Shown: positions 1 to 17,239 of the stretch, one piece after another
Position numbering within the stretch: the first letter of the stretch is position 1
How the letters are laid out: each line of letters begins with the position of its first letter
From: the human T2T-CHM13v2.0 reference genome, Homo sapiens
NCBI RefSeq assembly: GCF_009914755.1
Contig: NC_060947.1
Direction: 5' to 3' (one strand)
DNA length: 64,000 nt
Position numbers and translations under genes: made by a program
Notes under the pieces: model-generated
What the model saw: the letters and a program-made list of their open reading frames with translations, nothing else
Databases searched by the model: none
Told to the model about the DNA's origin: nothing

Positions 1-3327
<3,327 letters not shown>

Positions 3328-4240
3328 TTTTAACTTCTATAAATCTTTCTAGAGGCTTATCACCTTTATTTTGTTTGATGAATCAACTTTTGGTTTCATT
3401 AATTTTGTCTCTTTTATTATAATTTTATTGATTGGTACTCTGATTTACATTATTTCTTTTTCTCTGCTTGCTTTGATTTTTTTTGTTCTTTTACTTGGTT
3501 TTTGAGGTAGAAATTTTGATTTTTTTTATTTGAAAACTTCATTTCTAATGTAATCCTTGAGGGCTATACATTTTTATTTCCATTTCGACATATTTCAATG
3601 TGCTATATTTTCATTTCATTTAATTCTGTGTGTTTTTTTGCATAAAAGCCTCCTCTTTAGTCACAGCTTATAGGCTTGTGTTATTTAATTTCCATGTATC
3701 TAAAGACTTTTCTGTTTTCTTTCCTTTATCAATGTTTTTGTTTGATTGTATTACTTTCTGTATAATTTCAGTTATTTTAAGTTTGTTGAGATTTGTTTTG
3801 TGACCCAGAGTACGTTCTATCTTGGTGAATTTTCCACAGACATTTGAAAATAATGTATTTTGCTCTTCTATGGAGCGTTGTATATGTCAATTACGTACTG
3901 TTGGTTGATCATGTTTGGTACTTCTATATCCTTGCTGATTTTCTGCTTAGTAATTACATCAGTTTCTGAGAGAAGGTAGTGAAGTTTCCCAGTATAATTG
4001 TGGATTTGTCTATTTCTCCTTTTATTTCTATTAGTTTTGTTTCCTACATTTTCAGGCTCTTGTTTGGTATACACAGGCTCTTGTTTGGTATGTCTTTATG
4101 GTAGATAGATTATTCTACTTTTATGAAATGCCATCTGTGTCTCTAGTAATTTTCTTTTTCCTGACGTCTACTTTGTCAGATATTAGTATAGCTTCTTCTG
4201 CCTTTTTTTGATTAATGTTTGCATTGTGTCTTTTTTCATC

Positions 4241-4706
4241 TGTGTTAGTTTCCTAGAGCCGCCATAACTAAATACCACAGATTGAGTGACTTTAAACAAG
4301 AAAACTTACACTCTTATAGATATAGACGTACTCTACAAGTCTAAAATCAAGGTGTTAGCAGGGCTGTGCTCTTTATGAAAGTTCTAGGGAAGAGCTCTTA
4401 CTTGCCTCTTTTAGATTCTGGTGGTTGCTGGCAACCCTTGGTGTTCCCTGGATTGTAGATATATCACTCCAATCTCTGCTTCACCTCACATGGCCTCCTC
4501 CTCTGTGTGCCTGTGTCTAAACTTCCTTCTACTTGTGAGAACACCAGTCATTGGATTAAGGTTCACCCTAATCAAGTATGCCTTCACCTTGACTTGATTA
4601 CATGTGAAAATACACTATTTCCAAATAAGGTTACATGCATAGGTTTAGGTTCTGAGGTTTAGAACTTTAACCTATCTTATTGGGAGACAGAATTCAACCC
4701 ATAACA
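4241..4706 (-). mobile_element. MaLR solo LTR, MLT1 family
   Basis: Starts tgtgttagtttcct...aaataccacagattgagtgactttaaacaa and ends aattcaacccataaca; imperfect 5-bp TSD tcatc/ccatc. Confidence 0.85.
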
Positions 4707-5453
4707 CCATCCTTTTACTTTCAACCTACCTATGCTGTTGAATTTGATGTGAGTTTCTTATAAACAGCATACAGTTGAGTACACTTTTTTTGTTTTTCAA
4801 TCTACTCTGCCTATCCCTATGTTTTGATTAGTGCATTTAGGCAATTTACTTTAAAGATAATTATTTATATGTTAACACTTAAGTCTGCCATTTCATTACT
4901 TGTTTTCTTTTTGTTTCATGTGGTTCTCATTTTTCTGGCCTTCCTGCGAGCTAAACATTTTTTAAGGATTCCATGTTGATTTATGTATAGTGTTTATGAG
5001 TGAATCTATTTGTATAGCTTTCATAATGGTTGTTTAGGGTGTTAAAATATACATATGTGACTTATCATAGACTACTGACATCAATATTTTACCACTTTGA
5101 GTAAAGTGAAAACTTCATGTTCATTTAGATACCTTTATCCCCACTTTTAAATATCATTACCTTATCAGATGGCATCATGAATTTTATCTTATCATCAAAT
5201 ATGAATTCTAAAACTCAAGAGGAAAAGAATACTCTGTTGTATGTATTCACATTCCTGCTCATTTTGTTATTCCTTCTTCCCCACTGATGCTCCAAGATTC
5301 TTCCACTTATTATTTCCTTTTGGTTTGAAATATTTTCTTTAGCCATGATTAAAGGTACATGTGCTAGAAACAAATTCTTTTAGTTTTCCTTTAAGAATGT
5401 CTTTGTTTTCTCATAATTACTAAAGAATAGTTTGCCAGATACATAAATCATGG

Positions 5454-5839
5454 TGTATTAGTATGTTATTGCATTGCAATAAAGAACTACCTGAGACTGG
5501 GTAATTTGCAAAGAAAAGAGGTTTAATTGACTCACAGTTCTGCAGGTTGTACAGGAAGGATGGCTGCGGAAGCCTCAGGAAACTTAGAGTCATGGTGGGA
5601 GGCAAAGAGAAAGCAGGCATGTTTTACATGGAGGAAGCAGGAGAAAGGGAAAGAAGGAGGAGGTGCTACACACTTTTAAACAACCAGATCTCATGAGAAC
5701 TCACTATCACAAGAACAGCAAGAAGGAAGTCCACCCACATGATCCAATGATCCCATGATCCCACCAAGCCCCTCCTCCAATATTGGGGATTATAATTCAA
5801 CATGAGATTTGGGTGGGGACACTGAGCCAAACTATATCA
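5454..5839 (-). mobile_element. MaLR solo LTR, MST family
   Basis: tgtattag...cctgagactgggtaattt...aaaagaggtttaattgactcacagttc...tatca; TSD catgg/catag. Confidence 0.88.
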
Positions 5840-6505
5840 CATAGTTAGCAATTCTTTTCTTTTAGCACTTGAAAAATATTAAAGCATTACTCCTTTGTAG
5901 TCTCCATGGTTTTGGATGTGAAGTTCACTGTCATTTGAATTGGTGTTCCTCTATAGGCAATATGTTCTTTCTCTCTGGCTTCTATCAAGGTTTTTTTCTT
6001 TGACTTTAGTTTTCAGAAATTCAATCAAAATGTTGTCTTGGCATGTAAATCTTTGGGCTTTTCATGTTTGGGTTTCATTTACTTTTTAAATCTGTAGGTT
6101 TATATATTTTGACAAATATGGGAAGTGTTTGGCCATTATTTCTTCAAATACTCTTTCAGCTACACTTGCTTTTCCACTCTTTCTGGAATGCTCATCATAC
6201 CAATATTGAAATTTTGGTGTTGTATAGGTTCCTGAGGCTCTATTCGTGCACTTGTGTGTTTTTGTCTATTTTATCTTTGTTTTCCATGTTGGGTAAAGTC
6301 TATTTTTCTGTCCCCAGGTTCGCTGATTCTATCTTTTGCCATATCCTTTTTACTACTGAGCCCATCCAACTCACTATGTTTTTTCAAAATTCTGCTATTA
6401 TGTTTTTCAGTTCTATATTTTCCATTTTTAATAACTTCTAATGCTTTGCTATCATTTTCTATTTTTTTCATTTGTCTCAAGACAATTCATAATTGATTAT
6501 TGGAG

Positions 6506-6828
<323 letters not shown>

Positions 6829-7314
6829 TAATGGCTTCTTAAAAATCTTTGTTAGATAAATCTAAGTCAACATCTCAGTGTTGGCATATCTATGTTGTCT
6901 CTACTCATTCAAGTTGTGATTTTCTTGGGTTTTGATACTACAAGTGATATCTGATTACATCCTAAACTTTTGTGTATTATATAAGTAGTCCCAGGGTCTC
7001 ATTTAAATCTTTTATTTTAGAAGGCAGTTGCCCTGTTTAGGTTTAGCATGTAGGTCCTGGCTTACTTTTGTTGGCTGAGGTTACAATGACAATTTAAGTG
7101 CAGAGCCTTTTTGGTGATATTTTGAGTGATTTCGTACTGTCTGGGCTTCCATTGGTTTCAGCTGCTGCTGCTTGGGATGGTAGACTGGTTTCCCCAGGCC
7201 AAGTCCCTGAATATCTCTAGTTTTCTGGAAATCTGCAGGTGGAGAAGGAGTCTCATATTGCATGGTCCAAGATGCTTCCTTGGCAGGTAGTTGTAGCAAA
7301 AACTGCCTGCACCC

Positions 7315-7340
7315 TCACCACCACCACCACCACCACCACC
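7315..7340. repeat. (CAC)n microsatellite
   Basis: Direct reading of caccaccacc... Confidence 0.9.
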
Positions 7341-8692
7341 AGTGTGTGTAGTGGAGAGAATTTCTTGAGCCAGACACTTGTGGTGAAATTCCTCTATTTG
7401 TGTCTCTTTGTTATAGTTAAGTCAACATCTCAGTGTTGGTATCTCTTGATTGTCTTTGTTCATTCGAGTTGTGATTTTCTTGGCTTTTGAGATTACAAGT
7501 GATTTTTATTACATCCTAAAATTTTATTGGCTAAGGTTACAATGACAATGCTGTAGTGTCTTTAGGCATGTGAGGGGAGTGTTAGCCCTGCAGGATTCAA
7601 GAAAAATCTGATTGCCTTGTCCGACAGTCTCAGAGTGAAGAGAATCTCAGTACACATGTGTAAAAATAGGCCTCCAAGGCTGGGCTGTTTTGTAACTGGG
7701 TCTCTCTTGTTGGTTAGACCTGCCCATGTGGTTATCTCTCAGCAGTCTCAAGACCTTCAGGGAAGGAGAGCACTTCCCCTGATCTCTTATATTTAGTAGG
7801 ACTCCCAACGTACCCTCCACCTTGCTGGTGCTGTGACAGAGATTACCTTTGGATCCATATAATGAATGATCCCACTTGGGCTGTCTTTTGTTTCTAGGTA
7901 AGGAGGTTAGGAAATGCTGGGTCTGGGTCACCTTCTTCAGTTGTGGGATAGGGGGCATAAGATGCCCAGGTGGTATGTTGTTTCTTCATTCCTGAGATCA
8001 CAAACCAGTTTACGTTTTTCCTACAACCTTCTTACCACATAGTACTCATTTGGATGTCTCCTGCAGTATTTCATGGGTTTATAGTTCCACTTAGTGGGTT
8101 GGAGCAGGGAGAACTGGATCTATGCCATCTTGTCCAGACTGAAAGTTCTCCAGGCATTTAATTTTTAGCAGGACATACTTAGAGACTTCATGCTTTACAA
8201 TGAAAGGTTGGATTTCTAATGGCAAGAATTCCATGTACTGGTGGCTACTTGGCAGTACAGAGCACTGGAAAAACTATTCTCTCCCATAGACAAAGGCCAT
8301 CTTTTAACCAAATGGCAGAGCAGTTACCCTACTCCCTGTGGGCTCACTGATTCTCAAGATGAAGGAGAGAGCAAGGGGCAATTTATTGAATTTTTCCATA
8401 AATGTTTTATTGATGAAATTCTAATTATAATTTGATATGATTATTATTAGTTTAGTTCAATACATTTTTTGTCATACAGGTTTACTGTTGAGCAGAATCA
8501 AAATTTTTAAAGATAATATGTCACTTAATTTGAGTTCAAACTTAGTGTTCTCTATCATCAAAATTAATTGAAAATGTTTGTCAATGCTGATTTGTAATGA
8601 GACTTTATTATTTGAAAATTTTCATTATTTTTCAAACAGGTACTGTCAAATACTGATATCAATCCATGTACCAGTGATATTTTATAACCCAT

Positions 8693-9100
8693 TAAAAAAT
8701 TGTGGTAAAATATATGAACTGTAAAATTTACCATTTTAACCATTTTCAAGACTACAATTAAGTACATTCACAATGTTGCACTAACTCTACTCATTTTCAG
8801 AGCTTTTTCATTATCCCAAAGAGAAATGACCTACCCATTAAAAATAACTTGCCATTCCTCCTTTTCCTGAGCCCTTGAAATCCTGTATTCTGTTTTCTGT
8901 TTGTTTCTATAAATTTGCCTATTCTATGTTCCTCATATAAGTGGAGTCATACAGTATTTGTTCATTTGTGTTTGTTAAAGATTCATCCATGTTGTAGCAT
9001 GTATCAGAATTTCATTCCTAAGGCAAAATAATATTCTTTGTATGTGTATACATATTACCTTTAGCCATCCATCAAGGAATATTTGGGTTATTTCACTTTT
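8693..9100 (-). mobile_element. L1MB-type 3' end (resumes at ~15346)
   Basis: aattgtggtaaaatatat...aaaatttaccattttaaccatttt...agtacattcacaatgttg is a typical L1MB 3'UTR read antisense. Confidence 0.75.
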
Positions 9101-9150
9101 AAAAATTTTATTTCTACTGTATCTATTTAAGGTGTACAACATGATGCCTT

Positions 9151-9200
<50 letters not shown>

Positions 9201-9283
9201 TATGTAATTACTACAGTAAGCCAATTTGCTTATCTATCATCTCACATACTTTCCTTTCTTTTTTTGTATTGTAAGAGTACCTA
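9101..9283 (-). mobile_element. L1MA-type 3' end containing a (TA)n microsatellite (~9154-9194); interrupted by L1PA8-like element
   Basis: tatttaaggtgtacaacatgatg...; the sequence continues seamlessly after the TSD at ~14347. Confidence 0.75.
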
Positions 9284-12200
9284 GGATGGCTGGCAAGATG
9301 GCCAAATAGGAACAGCTCTGGTCTGCAGCTCCCAACAAGATCAATGCAGAAAGTGGGTGATTTCTGCATTTCCAACTGAAGTACCTGGCTCATCTTATTG
9401 GGACTGGTTAGACAGTGGGTGCAGCCCACAGAGGACGAGCAGAAGCAGGGTGGGGCGTCATCTCACCCAGGAAGCACAAGAGGTCTGGGAACTCCCTCTC
9501 TTAGCCAAGGAAAGCCATGAGGGACTGTGCCATGAGGAACGGTGCATTCCAGCCGAGATACTACACTTTTCTGAAGGTTTTCACAACTTGCAGACCAGGA
9601 GATTCCCTCCGGTGCCTATGCCACCAGGGCCCTGGGTTTCAAGCACAAAACTGGGTGGCCGTTTGAGCAGACACTGAGCTAGCGGCAAGAGTTTCTTCTC
9701 ATACCTCAGTGGTGTCTGGAACACCAGCGAGACAGAACCGCTCACTCCCCTGAAAAGGGGGCTGAAGCCAGTGAGCCAAGTGGTCTATCTCAGTGGATCC
9801 CACCCCCACAGAGCACAGCAAGCTGAGATCCACTGGCTTGAAATTCTTGCTGCCAGCACAGCAGTCTGAAGTCAACCTAGGACACTCCATCTTGGTGAGG
9901 GGAGGGGTGTCTGACATTACTGAGACCTGAGTGGGCGGTTTTCCCCTCACAGCATAAACAAAGCCACCGAGAAGTTCGAACTGGATGGAGCCCACCGCAG
10001 CTTGGTAAAGCCGCTGCAGCCAGACTGCCTCTCTAGATTCTTCCTCTCTGGGCAGGGCATCTCTGAAAGAAAGGCAGCAGCCCCAGTCAAGGGCTTATAG
10101 ATAAAACTCCCATCTCCCAGAGACAGAGCACCTGGGGGAAGGGGCGGCTGTAGGCACAGCTTCAACAGACTTAAATGTTCCTGCCTCTGAAGAGAGCAGC
10201 AGATCTCCCAGCACAGAGCTTGAGCTCTGCAAAGGGACAGACTGCCTCCTCAAGTGGCTCCCAGACCCCCGTGCCTACTGACTGGGAGACACCTGCCAGC
10301 AGGGGTGACAGACACCTCATACAGGAGAGCACTGGCTGGCATCTGGCGGGTGCCCCTCTGGGACAAAGCTTCCAGAGGAAGGAACAGGCAGCAATCTTTG
10401 CTGTTCTGCAGCCTCCACTGGTGATACCCAGGCAAACTGCATCTGGAGTGGACTTCCAGCAAACTCTAGCAGACTGACTATTAGAAGGAAAACTAACAAA
10501 CAGAAAGCAATAGTGTCAACATCATCAAAAAGATTGTCCACACCAAAACCCCATCCGAAGGTCACCAACATCGAAGAACAAAGGTAGATAAATCCATGAA
10601 GATGGGAAGAAACCAGCGTAAAAAGGTTGAAAACTGCAAAAACCAGGATGCCTCTTCTCCTCCAAAAGATCACAACTCCTCACCAGCAGGGGAACAAAAC
10701 TAGATGGAGAATGAGTTTGACGAATTGACAGAAGTAGGCTTCAGAAGGTGGGGAATAACAAACTCCTCCGAGCTAAAGGAGCATGTTCTAACACACTGCA
10801 AGGAAGCTAAGAACATTGAAAACAGGTTCGAGAAATTGTTAACTGGAATAACCAGTTTAGAGAAGAATATAAATGAACTGATGGAGCTGAAAAACACAGC
10901 ACAAGAACTTCGTGAAGCATACACAAGTATCAATAGCCGAACCAATCAAGTGGAAGAAAGGATATGAGATTGAAGATCAACTTAATGAAATAAAGTGTGA
11001 AGACAAGATTAGAGAAAAAAGAATGAAAATAACAAACAATGACTCCAAGAAATATAGGAATATGTGAAAAGACCAAACCTACATTTGATTGGTGTACCTG
11101 AAAGTAATGGGGAGAATGGAAACAAGTTGGAAAACACTCTTCAGCATATTATCCAGGAGAACTTCCCCAAAGTAGCAAGGCAGGCCAACATTCAAATTCA
11201 GGAAATACAGACAACGCCACAAAGATATTCCTTGAGAAGAACAACCTCAAGACACATAATCGTCAGATTCACCAAGGTTGAAATGAAGGAAAAAATGTTA
11301 AGGGCAGCCAGAGAGAAAGGTCGGGTTACCCACAAAGGGAAGCCCGTCAGACTAACAGCGGATCTCTCTGCAGAAACCCTACCAGCCAGAAGAGAGTGGG
11401 CGCAAATATTCAACATTCTTAAAGAGAAGAATATTCAAACCAGAATTTCTTATCAAGCCAAACTAAGCTCCATAAATGAAGGAGAAATAAAATCCTTTAC
11501 AGACAAGCAAATGCTGAGAGATTTTGTCACCACCAGGCCTTCCTTACTAGAGTTCCTGAAGGAAGCACTAAACATGGAAAGGAACAACTGGTAGCAGCAA
11601 CTGCAAAAACATACCAAATTGTAAAGATCGTTGACACTATGAAGCAACTGCATCAACTAACAGGCAAAATAACCAGCTAGCATCATAATGACAGGATCAA
11701 ATTCACACATAAAAATATTAACCTTAAATGTAAATGGGCTAAATGTCCCCATTAAAAGACAGACTGTCAAAATGGATAAAGAGTAAAGACCCATCATTGT
11801 GCTATATACAGGAGAACCATCTCACGTGCAAAGACACATATAGGCTCAAAAGAGAGGGATAGAGAAATATTTACCAAGCAAATGGAAAGCAAAAAGAAGC
11901 ATGGGTTGAAATCCTAGTCTCTGATAAAACAGACTTTAAGCCAACAAAGATCAAAAAAGACAGCAGAACATCAAAAAGGTTATCCACCATGATCAAGCCG
12001 GCTTCATCCCTGGTATGGAAAGCTGGTTCAACATATGCAAATCAATAAATGTAATTCATCACATAAACAGAACGAATGACAAAAACCACATGATTATCTC
12101 AATAGATGCAGAAAAGGCTTTTGACAATATTCAACACCCCTTCATGCTAAAAACTCTCAATAAACTAGGTATAGATGGAATGTATCTCAAAATAGTAAGA

Positions 12201-14336
12201 GCTATTTATGACAAACCCACAGCCAATATCACACTGAAGGGGCAAAAACTGGGAGCATTCCCTTTGAAAACCGGCACAAGACAAGGAGGCACTCTCTCAC
12301 CACTCCCATTCAACATAGTATTGGAAGTACTGGCCAGGGCATTCAGGCAAGAGAAGGAAATAAAGGGCATTCAAATAGGAAGAGAGGAAGTTAAATTGTC
12401 TCTGTTTGCACATGACATGATTATATATCTAGAAAACCCCATAGTCTCAGCCCAAAATCTCCTTAAGCTGAAAAGCAACTTTGACAAAGTCTCAGGATAC
12501 AAAATCAATGTGCAAAAATCACAAGCATTCCTATACACTAATAATAGATAAACAGAGAGCCAAATCATGAGTGAAATCCCATTCACAATGGCTACAAAGA
12601 GAATAAAATACCCAAGAATATAACATACAAGGGATGTGAAGGATCTCTTCAAGGAGAACTTCAAACCACTGCTCAAGGAAATAAAAGAGGACACAAACTA
12701 AGGAAAAAACATTCCATGTGCATGGATAGGAAGAATCAATATAGTGAAAATGGCCATATTGCCCAAGGTTATTTATAGATTCAATGCTATCCCCATCCAG
12801 CTACCATTGACTTTCTTCACAGAATTAGAAAAATCTACTTTAAATTTCATGTGAAAGCAAAAAAGAGTCCACATACCCAAGAGAATCCTAAGCAAAAAGA
12901 GCAAAGCTGGAAGCAATGCTACCTGACTTCAAACTATACTACAAGACTACAGTAAGCAAAACAGCATGGTACTGGTACCAAAACAAATATATAGACCAAT
13001 TGAACAGAGCAGAGGCCTCAGAAATAACACCACACAAGTATAACCATCTGATTTTTGACAAACCTGACAAAAACAAGCAATGGGGATAGGATTCCCTATT
13101 TAATAAATGGTGTTGGGAAAACTGGCTAGCCATATGCAGAAAACTGAAACTGGACCCCTTCCTTACACCTTATACAAAAATTAGCTCAAATGGATTAAAG
13201 GCTTAAATGTAAGACCTAAAACCATAAAAACTTTAGAAGAAAACCTAGGCAATACCATTCAGGACATAAGCATGGGCAAAGACTTCATGACTAAAACACC
13301 AAAAGCAATGGCAACAAAAGCCAAAATTGATAAATGGTATCTAATTCAACAAAGAGCTTCTGCACAGCAAAAGAAACTATCATCAGAGTGAACAGGCAAC
13401 CTACAGAATGGGAGAAAATTTTTGTAATCTGTCCCTCTGACAAAGGTCTAATATCCAGAATATATAACGAACTTAAACAAATTTACAAGAAAAAATCAAA
13501 CAACCCCCTCAAAAAGTGGGTGAAGGATATGAACACTTTTCAACAGAAGACATTTATACAGCCAACAAACATATGAAAATAAGCTCATGATCACTGGGCA
13601 TTAGAGAAATGCAAATCAAAACCACAATGAGATACCATCACACGCCAGTTAGAATGACAATCATTAAAAAGTCAGGAAACAACAGGTGCTGGAGAAGATG
13701 TGGAGAAATAGGAACACTTTTACACTGTTGGTTGGAGTGTAAATTAGTTCAACCATTGTGGAAGACAGTGTGGTGATTCAAGGATCTAGAACCAGAATAG
13801 CATTTGTCCCAGCAATCCCATTACTGGGTATATACCCAAAGGATTATAAATCATTCTAGTATAAAGACACATGCACACGTATGTTTACTGCAGCACTGTT
13901 CACAATAGCAAAGACTTGGAACCAACCCAAATGCCCATCAATGATAGGCTGGATAAAGAAAATGTGGCACATATACACCACGGAATACTATGCAGCCATA
14001 AAAAAGATGAGTTCATGTTCTTTGCAGGAACATGGATGAAGCTGGAAACCATCACTCTTGGCAAACTAACACAAGAGCAGAAAACCAAACACTGCATGTT
14101 CTCACTCATAAGTGGGAGTTGAACGATGAGAACACTTGGACACAGGGAGGGGAACATCACACACCGGGACCTGTTGCAGGGTGGGGGTCTAGGAGAGGGA
14201 TAGCATTAGAAGAAATATCTAAGGTAGATTACAGGTTGACAGGTGCAGCAAACCTCCATGGCACGTGTATACCTATGTGACAAACCTGCATGTTCTGCAC
14301 ATGTATCCCAGCACTTAAAGTATAATAATAATAAAA
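9284..14336 (+). mobile_element. LINE-1 (L1PA7/8-like) with both ends intact and ~1.4 kb internal ORF2 deletion
   Basis: 5' end ggatggctggcaagatggccaaataggaacagctc; ORF1 peptides 10704-11594; ORF2 peptides 12015-14122; 3'UTR with A-rich tail; TSD aagagtaccta at 9273-9283 and 14337-14347. Confidence 0.95.
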
Positions 14337-14347
14337 AAGAGTACCTA

Positions 14348-15018
14348 AAATGTAGTGTCTTAAAAAATTTCTGGTATACAATATTATTAACTATAGCCCT
14401 CATGCTGTACGTTACATCTCTAGACTTATTCATCCTACACAACTACAACTTCATACCCTTTAACCTACATCCCCTCATCTCTCCTCCTCCCTTCTCCCAC
14501 TGCCTCTGGTAACCACCATTCTACTGTGTGTTTCTACGTATTATACTTGATCTTTTTCTAGATGCCACAAATAACAGAGATCACGCAATATTCTTTTTTC
14601 TGTGTTTGTCTTATTTCACATAACATAATGTTTTCCATGTTCATCCACATTATTGCAAACAAAAAAACCTCCTTTTTAAAGGCTGAATAATATTTCATTA
14701 CGTGTGTGTGTATACACATGCTACAATTACTTTATTCATCTGTCAATGGACACTTAGGTTGATTTGATAACTTGGCTATTGTGAATAATTCTGTAATGAA
14801 CATTGTGAGTGCACATATCTCTGAGCTGCTGATTTCATTTTGTTTGGGTATATACAGAAGAGGGATTATTGATGGGTCATATGGTAGTTCTGTGGATTGA
14901 AATAATTAATATTGTTAAAATGCTAATGCTGCCTAAAGCAAGGTAAAGATTCAATGTGGTCATTACCAAAATTCCAACAGCATTTTTCTCACAAAATAAA
15001 AAAAAGTTCTGTAATTAC
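14348..15018. mobile_element. Continuation of L1MA (minus strand to ~14893) followed by a plus-strand ORF2 fragment (~14894-15018); probable old 5' inversion
   Basis: An antisense L1MA 3' region is followed by aattaatattgttaaaatgc...agattcaatg (INIVKM..RFN, sense orientation). Confidence 0.65.
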
Positions 15019-15049
15019 TACAGAACTACAAAAGGCCTGAAACTGAGGA

Positions 15050-15346
15050 CAGTATATATATTGATTTTTTTAAATCTGATGACCAAGACAGCTACTAAGT
15101 GACTAATGGGTGGGTAGCATATGTGGTGTGGATAAGCTGGACAAAGGGATGATTCGCATCCCAGGTGGGAGGGAGTGGGAATGCTCGAGATAGTATGAGA
15201 TTTCATCACATTACTTAGAATGCACACAATTTAAAACAAATGAATTGTTTATTTCTGGAATTTTCTATTTAATAATTGTGTGTCACAGTTAACCATGGGT
15301 AACTGAAACTGCTTAGAGTAAAACTGAGTATCAGGGCATTACTGTA
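15050..15346 (-). mobile_element. DNA transposon fossil, MER44 (TcMar-Tigger)
   Basis: gctactaagtgactaatgggtgggtagc...ctggacaaagggatgattc...gaattgtttatttctggaatttt...ggtaactgaaac...actgta. Confidence 0.8.
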
Positions 15347-16082
15347 CCTAGGATTGGAATTACTGGAATATGTGGTAATTCTATGTTTAACTTTTTGAGG
15401 AGCCATCATACTGTTTTCCAAAGCAACTGCACCACTTTACATTCCCACGAGCAATGCATAAGGTTTCCAATTTCTCCATATCCTCACCAACACTTACTTT
15501 CCAATTTTTAAAATTATAACCAGCATAGTGAGTTTAAAGTGCCATTTCATTGTGGTCTCGATTTGCATTTCCCTTAATGAATAATGTTGTTGAGCATCTT
15601 TTTATATGCATATTGGCAATGTGTATATCTCCTTTGGAGAAATGTCTATTCAAGTCCTTTGCCCATTTTTATATTGAGTTGCTTTTTGTTGCTGTTGGTG
15701 TTTTAGGGGTTCTTTATAATTTCTGAATATTAATTCCTTATCAGATATATGATTTGCAAATATTTCTCTCATTCTAGAGGTCATGTTTGCACTCTTCTGA
15801 TAGTGTTCTTTGCTGCACAAAAGTTTTTAATTTTGATGAAGTCCAATTTATCAATTTTTTCCTTTGGTGTCATATCCAAGAAGCCATCGTAAAGTCCAAT
15901 TACATGAAGCTTTTTTCTCACGTTTTATTCTAAAAGTTTATTAGTTTTAGTTCTTATGTTTAGGCCTTTGATCCATTTTGGGTTGATTTTTGCATATAGT
16001 GTAAGGTAAAAGCCCAATTTCATTCTTTTGCATGCTGTTATCCAGTTTTCCCAGCACCATTTGTTAAAAAGGCAGTTCTTTC
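15347..16082 (-). mobile_element. L1MB-type ORF2 3' region (continuation of 8693-9100)
   Basis: ggtaattctatgtttaactttttgagg...tttacattcccac...ttttcccagcaccatttgtt. Confidence 0.8.
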
Positions 16083-16261
16083 CAAAGTATTGACTTTTAA
16101 AGTTGACTTTAAGATGACTCTTTTACTTTCTCCAGGTTGATGGCTATTTTTCTTAAAATTTGTAAGAACACTTTATATATTAAAGACATTAACCTTTTGT
16201 TGCATTGCTGCAAAATTTTCACCCAATTTGTCTTTTGCCTTTTATTTTTACTTATAGTATG

Positions 16262-16628
16262 TGTATTAGTCTGTTCTCACGCTACTGATAAACACATGTC
16301 TGAGACTGGGAAATTTAGAAAAGAAAGAGGTTTAATGGATTTACAGTTCCATGTGGCTGGGGAAGCCTCACAATCATAGTGGAAGGCAAGTAGGAGCAAG
16401 TCACATCTTACATGGATGGCAGCAGTCAAAAAGAGCTTGTGCAGGGAAACTCTCATTTTTAAAAACATCAGATCTCGTGAGACTCATTCACTATCACGAG
16501 AACAGTGCAGGAAAGACCCGCCCTCATAATTTAATCACCTGCCACCAGCTTCCTCCCACAACATGTGGGAATTGTGTGAGTTACAATTCAGGATGAGATT
16601 TGGGTGGGGATACAGCCAAACCATATCA
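16262..16628 (-). mobile_element. MaLR solo LTR, THE1 family
   Basis: tgtattagtctgttctcacgct...gaggtttaatggatttacagttccatgtggctgggg...gatgagatttgggtgggga...ccatatca; TSD gtatg/atatg. Confidence 0.9.
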
Positions 16629-17239
16629 ATATGTGGTAGAATGTTTAAATTTTGTCCATAAACAAATCTGCCACTTTGTGGTTTTTGCTACTGGGAAAAT
16701 GTTTTAAAATAGTATTCACATTCCAATATTTAAAAAATATATTCTCCTCTGATCCCTTATAGTTTTTTAAAACATTGTTAATGGACTTCAGATATTAAAA
16801 AAATGGATTAATGATAATCGATGGTTCTTGACACAGTATTATTGGTCTATTTATGTCATTTCCTTTTTAAATAATATAACAAATACATGTGAACCCATCA
16901 CCCAACCCAAAACCTAGTACATTACCAATAACTCATATCTACCTGTGGTATCTTTTCTATCCCATTCTCCTACCTCCCTAACAGAAGTATCCTGAGATTA
17001 TATCAATACTTCCCTTGCCTTAAAAAGTTTTATCTTATATGTATGTATGAACAGACAATATACTGTTTACTTCTGCTTGTTTTTGAACTTTATAAATTGA
17101 TATTAAACCATATACTGTCTTTTAAGAATTGCTCTGTTCACTCAATATTTTGGTATTAAGATCTGTCCATTGTGTTGCATTAACTTGTAGTTAATTTTTA
17201 CCTGAATAATTAATAGAAACAAGCTAGGTGCACTGTGAG

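Noticed and set aside
4053-4091. 18-bp direct repeat caggctcttgtttggtat; also gcctcaagttatct duplicated inside the Alu at ~6736-6767
   Set aside because: Ordinary slippage duplications inside decayed repeats.
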